Origin: Macrostomum hystrix
Lineage: Eukaryota > Animalia > Platyhelminthes
NCBI GenBank assembly: GCA_950097015.1
Contig: CATNEN010000031.1
Span: 496,001-560,000, forward strand
Reading direction: 5' to 3'
DNA length: 64,000 bases
The notes under the pieces are model-generated. The model was not told the origin of the DNA and did no database searches. It saw only the letters and a program-made list of their open reading frames with translations. Both the position numbers and the translations under genes were made by a program. Positions 1 to 8,049 of the stretch are shown piece after piece; within the stretch, counting starts at the first letter, position 1; every line of letters starts with the position of its first letter.

Positions 1-1089
1 GTCATACAATTGTTTCTCTACTAAGTAAATTACATCGTGTCGTAATAGGACATGTGCGTTTCTTATTGAAAAAGTTCAAAAAAATGTGATAAAATTCTAA
101 AAACAAACAAAAAAAAAAAGTAGAATAGTTATGTACAAAGCTACGGTATGATTTTCCTTAGAAGAGAAATATTTAGCAATTGGTGAAGCAACTCACCAAA
201 GCCGCATCAATAGCGAGGGGCTACCAGGAAGTTGTTTAAAACAAAGGACTATAGTCGATTTATTATATATGGTGTACTCAGTTAAAGAATTCAGGCAGCG
301 CTGACCAGCATTACCACATATCAAAACTTAGGCTTTAAAAGAAGCCTTTGTAGGAGCCGGCCGACTCAACACAGGTAAAGGACCTGTCAAGTGATTTGCA
401 GCATTAAAAGTACACCGGAAAGGGCTTTTTATTGTTATAGCGCGCTTCAATAGGCTCAGTAGGATAGCAGACCTTCTGAGGAGAGTTATACTCTTGGCAC
501 GAGGGACTGAGCGGACACAGAGGGGGGAAGAACTCACTTAGGCTCTGTACACTGCGTCTATCTGACTCAACTCTCCAGCAAACGCGGCAGCCCGCCCATA
601 GCGCTGAAGATCTGCTACACAGCGTGTTAGGGTAAGTATTTGTGCCCCCAACCTAGGTAGCCAGTCCACGAGACAACCTCGAGGCATTTCTGAATAAAGT
701 GAAATGCGTAGCCCAACTAGCCGATAAGGCCGAAAGCGGAAAATTAAAATGCTTAATCATTAAAAGTGCATGAGTATAAAATGCTGCAACCATATTATTT
801 AGCCGAGCGCACACTCACGATAAGCGCGACAAAAATGCACTTATTTATTTGTCTAAGGCAACAAAAATTTTTACATATTGACAGCACCACCTGGCCGGAA
901 ACGTATCCGATACCTCTACCCCATTTCTCATATTTGAATTTCACTTAAAATTTTGTGAGATCCTAGATAGATCAGAGCACACACTGACAGGATACTTTGC
1001 TGAAGTCAAGCTGATTAAATACGCATCACTTACATTCATATCGTTTGCGGCCAACTCCGCAAAGAACCAATAGACTTGAATACCAGCAT

Positions 1090-4000
1090 ATGAATAACGG
1101 AACTCTTGACCAAGACATTCAAACAGGCACTAACAGAACTCCAGAACCCGGAGAACCTGAACAGCAACAACTGCAACAGCAGCCAGGAAACCAGTTAGAG
1201 CACGACGACGACAACCACGAGCATTCATCAGACTCGGACAACGAGGACAACGCAATGGATGATCTCCAGAACCAAGTCCGCGAACTACAGCAACGTCTAG
1301 CCATGGCACACGGCAGGGACCTACCAGCCATTGTCCAAGCTCTCAAGCTATCGGCAGGAGACTACGAAATGGGACAGCCATTTATCAAATGGCTAACCGA
1401 ATTTGAACTGCAGACAGCGACATATGGCCTAACAGATGGAGAAAAATGCCGCCTGCTACCACTCATGCTGCGCCCTAACGCACGTAATCAATACGCGGGA
1501 CTCCCACAAGCCGTCCGAGAAGACTATGGACAGGTACGAACACAACTCCGACAGCTGTATGACACCAGAGCGATAGACCGACCTACGGCGGTACTACAAC
1601 TCTCCATGAGGAAGATGCACCCAGGAGAGGACGTCAACAAGTTTATAGCCGACATCACACAACTGGTTGAGAACTCAGTGTTCCAAGAACCAGCTCCGGA
1701 AGGCGAGAACGACCATGACAGAGGCGCTAGAATCAACCGCAACAAGCGCATCATCCAGGACCACATCATGCTACACGTGCAACAGAATGCCACACCGGCA
1801 TTACGACTATATCTAGCCAGAGGACGTTACCAGACGGTCCCGGAGATGGTGCGTGAGGCGCTTCAATGGCAAGCACTGCGAGAGCTCGAACAGGAGTCCA
1901 ACGACATACACAAGCTGACAGCCATTGTAGCTCAGATGGAGACTACAATCAAGAAAGCGGATCAGCGCAACCAGGACCGAGGCCCACAGCCACAGAAAGA
2001 AGCAAGAACTAAGTACCCAGAAGACAATCCGAGACCGACATGCCAGATCTGTAACAAGATAGGCCACACTGCCAACAGGTGCTATCAAAGGAACATGGAC
2101 ACCGATCACTTCGCAAAGGATTGCAGAGGTCAGCGATACTGCCAGAACTGCGACATGAACAACCATTGGACGTCGGAATGCACCCGATCACGCCGGAGTT
2201 ATCAAGAACGGCGTCAGCAGCAGTGGCGACAGCCAAAGCGGATCGCAGAGGTCACAGCTCAGGACCCCAGTCCGCAGCCAGCCGAATGGGAGAATCAGCC
2301 CAGCCAGGCTGCACACATCTTGGCAGTCAGCACGTCGGAAGCGACAACACTGACAAGGGCGAAAAGCGACGTCATACAGGCAAGGCGACAGAACAGGAAG
2401 ACCAAGACGGCGACAGTGGCCCTAGTTCAAACCGCTCCACAGCTCGAAGGACGAAAGCGAGAGCAGAGGGCTAGACAGACTAGCAATCACGGGAAGGCAC
2501 CGGTAGGACCGACATGCGCACTTCTGCTGAAAATTCTACTTTTCGCATGGCTCTGTACCACGGCGGAAACGATAAACCAAGGACACCAACAATGGGTGGA
2601 CACACCGATGTACTGCCCGGAGCCCACCAGGCCACAGATCTTCAAGCTGCCACCGGATATCGAGTGCAAGATGCCTAGCAGCATACAGCAGCACCGACAG
2701 CCGATCAACCTGACAATCTTCAAACCAAACCAGGTCACTCACCGATCAACACTCAAGATCTGCTATCGAGAAACGTATGTTTTCACCAGTGTGGCACTAA
2801 CAACGATTATAGCCAAAGTGGTAAGACCAAAAATGACTGTTACGGTGCAGAAACATCCGGTCACAGAGGAAGAGTGTGAGTCCTGGAAGGAAGGATACCA
2901 AACCCCAGATGGCACCCTTCAGGAAGACGGGAAAGCTCCGAACAAAGCGGAACGCTTTACTACTCATATCTGGACAGTAGAGGAATTCGAACCAACGGCT
3001 AGCACCCAAACCAGATACACAAAGTCAGCATCCACGCTGATAACGAAAATTCCGTTCTTCGTGGAGAATAAGAAGATGTCATCACTGTACATCCCACTAG
3101 GTCATTGTAATTACACCATTGGAAAATGTCTTCACGAGTCCACTTTAAAGGTCGAGAAGGATGCGCCGTTAGAGAGACAAGTACCCAACAAACTATGGGA
3201 AGCTCTGCGATTCTACGACACGACATTCAAGGTCGCTGGAGAACGCCAGTACAGATATATCTGGACACCCAGCGCTGCAATTGACTGCCCGTACCAGGAA
3301 GACAGGCGTATAGAAGGAACTATCCACACGGGATGGTTCATGGCCAAGGATGCAACCTACGCCTTGACTTTTAAGCACCCGCCACACTCAATGGAACTGA
3401 AATGCGGAGGAACGACAACTAAACTATTCAGGTCAGAACAAGGAAAGCTGGTCAGGCCAGAAGGATCCGAAGCAGAATTCCTATTAATAGTACAAGGCAA
3501 TTTTAACAACTCTAGCACAGCAAAGAGAGAGAAGAGGGACCTAGTATCACAAGAAACTTTAGCAGCGAAATTACAGAGCATTGAACTTACGATGGAAAAT
3601 CGAATTGGTGATCTGACCCGTCATGTGATCCTTCAGCAATGCCGAATCCAACAGAACATTTTCAGATACATCAAGGATTTCATACGAATGCAACCAACAC
3701 TAGCAGTGAGGACACTGTTCAAAGACGAGCATCTCAAGGCCAGAACGATAGCTCAGCACGTCGAAATCTTCAAATGCATCCCAGTGACTGACTTCGAATT
3801 CCATCAACCATACTGGAATCAAAGCCGATGTTTCTCCAAGCCTCCGTTGAAGTACAAAGTAGCGGAGACCAACCGTACAGGATTCTTGAATGTAAGAACT
3901 ATGGAAATTGAGACAGAATACCCCACCTTTCAGGAATGTTCGAATCAAACTGGGTACCTTCTACCCAAAGAGGACAGAGTGTACAAGGCCGACTTAAATT

Positions 4001-5631
4001 TCACCAACTTCGAACCTATACAGATAAGGAAATTGAAGAGCGAAGATTGGGGAATAGAGCCTATGAAATTACCGAAGATCAAACGAATTCTTTTTATACC
4101 AGAAACAGATATCAAAATAGAAGACATCCGAAGCCCGATTACGGTACACGATCTGTACACGCAGATGAGGGACCAGAGAGAATTTCTGAGAACAGTATTC
4201 AAACTACCAAAGCAGAAGAATCCAGAAACGATCGACCTCCCACCATTGGAGGCAAACATAGCTCTTAAAACTTATGACTTCGCATCTTGGACGCCATGGA
4301 TAGGTATAAAACTCAATATTTTCAACATAACAGTTGGATTTGCCGCAATTTGTGTATATGTGTACATCATACTCAAAACTATAATAGTTTGTCACAGGCT
4401 CCTCCGGCAAAAATACGAGCGACCAGGCATCCGAGCAATTCAAAGACGGATAAAGGCAACACAAGAACGACACGAATTGCGGGGACAACCCAGCACAGGC
4501 ACTAGCGACAGACACACGGGCCCGCGGCGCCCAGCACCAACGGCACCGGCTACAAGCGCGGAACAGAGTCAGCCGATGATGCCGTCAGCTCCTCCAGCTT
4601 CATCAATCTACCCGACGATTAGCGCCTGGCCACCGCCGATAGTGGCAGCAATCACGAATAGCCAGAAGTACACGGTGACGCGATTGAAGATCGGCATGCG
4701 AACCTGCAGAGCGCTGATCGACAGTGGAGCAGAGAAATCACTGATAGATGAAGCGACGGCACACCGCTACAGTGACAGCTTCGAAAAGCCGACAACTGAG
4801 CTGCAAGGAGTACACGGAGGAAAGCTCACGCAATCCGGAATGATCACGTTACCAGTCGAAGCAGGAGACACAATCGTCAACGTTAAGTTTCATGTCATTC
4901 CGAATTTGAGTTCGGGGAGATACCATGCACTATTAGGAATTGATTACTTAAGTCAGTTGCAGAAGGGCATGTCTATTAATTACCAACAGCAACAGATACA
5001 GTTGAATGGCAGATCGTATGAAATCATGACAGTAACTGCCCAGGAAGCCACAAATAAGATCAGATTAGTCTCCGTGGTAAACCTGAATCCATGGGAAACA
5101 GCTCAAATCACAGCTAGAACCGACTCAAAGGAGGAACTGCCTGACACTGTACTTTTCGAGCCAGATACGCGTATCATCGAGAAGAAGGTGATAGACAGAA
5201 TGGAGATGCAAGGGATTCTCATGAAAGCACCGACACCGTATATTTCACCAATTCTTCTCGTCAAGAAAAAATCGGAGTCACCGGAGGCTAAACCAGTGTA
5301 TCGCCTGTGTGTGGACTTCAGGGACTTAAACCGATTGTTGATTCCCGAGAGACAGTGCATGCCCAGGATTCAAACCTCAGTCACAATCCGAAAAATCGAT
5401 GATCCAAATCAGGAGTCTTTTCAAGTGCACACGGACAGGCTGAAACCAATGGCCACGCCTACACCACATGTGATGCTTCCTGACCTCAGACCGAGCGACC
5501 CACAGCGACACCAGCGACAGCCCAGACAACGATTCACCAAGGAAGTGAGCGTGCAGGCAGAAGAGCTGGATGCGCAAGCTGACAGCGCTCGGAAGAAGTA
5601 TAACCTGAGGAGCAAAGTGAAACTTCCTTGA
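1090..5631 (+). CDS. Gag-Env-protease-(deleted Pol) polyprotein
   Basis: First ATG at 1090; no stop until 5629-5631. Capsid-like FIKWLTEFELQTATYGLTDGEKCRLL; knuckles CQICNKIGHTANRC and CQNCDMNNHWTSEC; hydrophobic signal CALLLKILLFAWLC (~2515-2556); furin site REKR (3526-3537); gB-like QPTLAVRTLFKDEHLKARTIAQHVEIFKCIPV; TM (~4318-4392); protease LIDSGA (DSG 4720-4728) and ALLGIDYL; RT stub SPILLVKKK...RLCVDFRDLN...MPRI; IN tail VHTDRLKP...YNLRS. Confidence 0.9.
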   Translation: MNNGTLDQDIQTGTNRTPEPGEPEQQQLQQQPGNQLEHDDDNHEHSSDSDNEDNAMDDLQNQVRELQQRLAMAHGRDLPAIVQALKLSAGDYEMGQPFIKWLTEFELQTATYGLTDGEKCRLLPLMLRPNARNQYAGLPQAVREDYGQVRTQLRQLYDTRAIDRPTAVLQLSMRKMHPGEDVNKFIADITQLVENSVFQEPAPEGENDHDRGARINRNKRIIQDHIMLHVQQNATPALRLYLARGRYQTVPEMVREALQWQALRELEQESNDIHKLTAIVAQMETTIKKADQRNQDRGPQPQKEARTKYPEDNPRPTCQICNKIGHTANRCYQRNMDTDHFAKDCRGQRYCQNCDMNNHWTSECTRSRRSYQERRQQQWRQPKRIAEVTAQDPSPQPAEWENQPSQAAHILAVSTSEATTLTRAKSDVIQARRQNRKTKTATVALVQTAPQLEGRKREQRARQTSNHGKAPVGPTCALLLKILLFAWLCTTAETINQGHQQWVDTPMYCPEPTRPQIFKLPPDIECKMPSSIQQHRQPINLTIFKPNQVTHRSTLKICYRETYVFTSVALTTIIAKVVRPKMTVTVQKHPVTEEECESWKEGYQTPDGTLQEDGKAPNKAERFTTHIWTVEEFEPTASTQTRYTKSASTLITKIPFFVENKKMSSLYIPLGHCNYTIGKCLHESTLKVEKDAPLERQVPNKLWEALRFYDTTFKVAGERQYRYIWTPSAAIDCPYQEDRRIEGTIHTGWFMAKDATYALTFKHPPHSMELKCGGTTTKLFRSEQGKLVRPEGSEAEFLLIVQGNFNNSSTAKREKRDLVSQETLAAKLQSIELTMENRIGDLTRHVILQQCRIQQNIFRYIKDFIRMQPTLAVRTLFKDEHLKARTIAQHVEIFKCIPVTDFEFHQPYWNQSRCFSKPPLKYKVAETNRTGFLNVRTMEIETEYPTFQECSNQTGYLLPKEDRVYKADLNFTNFEPIQIRKLKSEDWGIEPMKLPKIKRILFIPETDIKIEDIRSPITVHDLYTQMRDQREFLRTVFKLPKQKNPETIDLPPLEANIALKTYDFASWTPWIGIKLNIFNITVGFAAICVYVYIILKTIIVCHRLLRQKYERPGIRAIQRRIKATQERHELRGQPSTGTSDRHTGPRRPAPTAPATSAEQSQPMMPSAPPASSIYPTISAWPPPIVAAITNSQKYTVTRLKIGMRTCRALIDSGAEKSLIDEATAHRYSDSFEKPTTELQGVHGGKLTQSGMITLPVEAGDTIVNVKFHVIPNLSSGRYHALLGIDYLSQLQKGMSINYQQQQIQLNGRSYEIMTVTAQEATNKIRLVSVVNLNPWETAQITARTDSKEELPDTVLFEPDTRIIEKKVIDRMEMQGILMKAPTPYISPILLVKKKSESPEAKPVYRLCVDFRDLNRLLIPERQCMPRIQTSVTIRKIDDPNQESFQVHTDRLKPMATPTPHVMLPDLRPSDPQRHQRQPRQRFTKEVSVQAEELDAQADSARKKYNLRSKVKLP

Positions 5632-5798
5632 CAATTGATGCCAAGGAAGGGAGAAAGTAGACGGACAATTTTACATTTTTAATTTTCATTATTTTGTTGG
5701 TGTGCACTCTGATTTTTAGAATATAATATTTTACATTACTTATAAGTAGTCACTATTCAACCACTCACAAATATTTAACCCACCCTCTGGATAATCAG

Positions 5799-6563
5799 AT
5801 GTATTCGACGGAGCTAGACACAGTGGATGATTGTACTATCGATGAGCCACTTACGACCTACACATTGGTCAAGCCATTGTTTGCATCGGCAGAACCAAGC
5901 ACGGCAGTCGGGAAGGAGATGAACATTAGGAACAACGCCGCCACTGAACAGCAACGGCGACACCTCCAAACCCAATGGGAGATCAGAAGATCTAGACACA
6001 GTAGATCGCCGTGCCCAACAGTGCTGAGAGAGAGACACAGACGGGAAGAAAAAGACCTATCATTTACGGAGCTGTACGACTTCATGGATAGACAGCCCAT
6101 CCAGAGCAAGCCAAATCGGCACGGTGAGATGAAACTATTTGACATTCACCTGGACATGCTGGATGCGCCACGAATCCCAGCTAACGTAGTAACACATCTG
6201 ACCACAAAGCGCATCCTAGCTGAGGACAATAACCCCATCTGGCTCCTCTCTGACTATAACATTCTACGTAACCGTACAACAATCTTCTTTCACTATGGAG
6301 AACAAGACGCCTTTACTTGCGTCATAATTAAGGCACTCTGCCGTACGCTATCCGTCAACCTGATCCACCCTTGGGGCCCGCAACCTAATGTGATATGTAC
6401 TAAGTTATTTAATTACTTGTCCAATGCGTTGGTTTATCACGGAATTCAAAGTAGTTGCCGCGAAATGAAGATGCTAGTAGTTCGAACGTATTCGCCGGCG
6501 TTGCTACAGTGGCCACAGCTAAAGACGGCACCGGAAGCCTCGCAAGAGCCTACTCGTCAGTAA
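5799..6563 (+). CDS. Retroelement accessory ORF (254 aa), possibly a degenerate integrase-core paralogue
   Basis: Open ORF between the polyprotein and the PPT; ATG directly preceded by CAG after a T-rich tract. Motifs DIHLDMLDAP and AFTCVIIKALCRTLSV...PWGPQPN echo the rve core by eye. Confidence 0.6.
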   Translation: MYSTELDTVDDCTIDEPLTTYTLVKPLFASAEPSTAVGKEMNIRNNAATEQQRRHLQTQWEIRRSRHSRSPCPTVLRERHRREEKDLSFTELYDFMDRQPIQSKPNRHGEMKLFDIHLDMLDAPRIPANVVTHLTTKRILAEDNNPIWLLSDYNILRNRTTIFFHYGEQDAFTCVIIKALCRTLSVNLIHPWGPQPNVICTKLFNYLSNALVYHGIQSSCREMKMLVVRTYSPALLQWPQLKTAPEASQEPTRQ

Positions 6564-7111
6564 GAATTTAGGGACGTGAATGTAAGGGCATAAGGAGACA
6601 CGAGAGCCGAGACACTGACACAATGTTAAGACAGATGGGTCGTCTCGACCGGAAGTCCTATCATTGTGACACTCTCACTCAGGTGCAATCCTGAGGCTAG
6701 AACCAGTTTCACGGAAAGAACTTTGGGAAAGCGCCTCGCTACCTGAAGCATCGGACCAGTGAACTAGGGGAAGCCAGGCCCGTCAATCAAAGTGAATTTA
6801 AGCTTAGAATAATAAAGAAGCACGAAGACAAGCTCTACTCAAATTCCATGATCCAACACTCAGTGTTTTACAATTTTAATGATTCCCTATTAATTAACTT
6901 AACACTAAAACCACGCATACTCACACCATATTATTCACTATTTACAACAATGCTTAAACGAATGAATTATACACTTACCCATTTAGCCTCTTAATCTAAT
7001 ACTTTCAGATTTCAATGTCTTATATGTTCACAGACCTACTAGCAGTAGGCAGATTGGCAATCCGAGGAAGGCAATAGGCTACATCTCCCTTGACCAGTCA
7101 AGGATTTCTTC

Positions 7112-7121
7112 AAAAGGGGGA
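7112..7121 (+). promoter_or_regulatory. Polypurine tract (plus-strand primer)
   Basis: TTCTTC-AAAAGGGGGA immediately before TG; typical gypsy PPT. Confidence 0.8.
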
Positions 7122-7781
7122 TGATATAAGACTTAGAAATCTGAATGGAATTTAAGCGAGCGTTAGTTGGTAACTAAAACTAAAAATAGCAACAGCAGAA
7201 AGTGCGAGCAACCGAAAGGAGAATGATTAGACAAAATCCGCCCCCAGAGATTAACTATTCATTTCAGCGCAGGCCCGGTTCGGCATGACAGCAGCTGTGC
7301 CGACGTGGAGCTGGCTGAGACCGGATCCGCAGAGGCGCTGACGTGGAGCTGCCGGAGACCGGAACGCAGCTGTGCTGACGTGGAGCTCCCGGAATCAACC
7401 CGGCCTACCCCGACCTGCAGCTGCCTGCATCGACCCAGCCCAGTCTGAAATTGGAGCCGCCCGGACCCGATCGGGAACGAGATCTGGAGGAGGCCGGAAC
7501 CGCACAAGAAGACTGGATCGATGAAGGGAAAGGGGATAATGAACAGTAGGAAAGAGGTCTCAGTAGAATTGGGAACGCATCCTAACTCAACTAAGGTATT
7601 TTCAGGACTTTTCCCCACCTCCCATAGAAAATGGGTTGGCGTGCCTGCTAACCAACTAGTTTAATGACAACAACTGTACTAGACTCGAGGCTGCGACCTC
7701 ACTCACCCCAAATTCTCATGCGTACTGTTGCTATGGTATTTTCTTCCCCTCGGATCGAGGGTTTTAAAGACATTATATATA
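7122..7781 (+). repeat. Long terminal repeat (~650 bp)
   Basis: Bounded by the PPT on the left and a TGG-starting PBS-like site on the right. Starts TGATATAAG and ends near AAAGACA (7772) or ATTATATATA (7781). Contains short internal GCTGACGTGGAGCT repeats. No second copy in the window to confirm the limits. Confidence 0.7.
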
Positions 7782-7782
7782 T

Positions 7783-7797
7783 TGGTGCGGAGCGCGG
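7783..7797 (+). promoter_or_regulatory. Primer-binding-site-like sequence TGGTGCGGAGCGCGG
   Basis: Begins with TGG (complement of tRNA CCA) just after the LTR end. Cognate tRNA not identified. Confidence 0.5.
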
Positions 7798-8049
7798 AAA
7801 AAGATTCGCCGCTCCAGTTAGTTAGAGACTCACTTTGAGCTCCGTTTAGAAAATCATTGTGGTTGCGTTCTTTCTTAAGTAGAATCAGTGATAACGATCT
7901 AGAGATATCACCACTGCCAGCCGGTATACTGAGTATCGATAGTCGTTAGGAGTTATAGCCTTCAAGACTTTTAGACTGCAATAAACCGCTAGACAAAGTA
8001 TAGGAAAACTACGAGTGAAGAAGAAGAGGAACACCAAACTTGAAGCGCT

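Larger units (their letters stand above)
1..7781 (+). mobile_element. Ty3/gypsy-type LTR retrotransposon with envelope gene, internally deleted (non-autonomous); 5' LTR lies outside the window
   Basis: Gag with CCHC knuckles, retropepsin, RT N-terminal and integrase C-terminal remnants in one ORF. PPT AAAAGGGGGA at 7112-7121 is directly followed by a TG-starting LTR-like segment. Confidence 0.9.
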
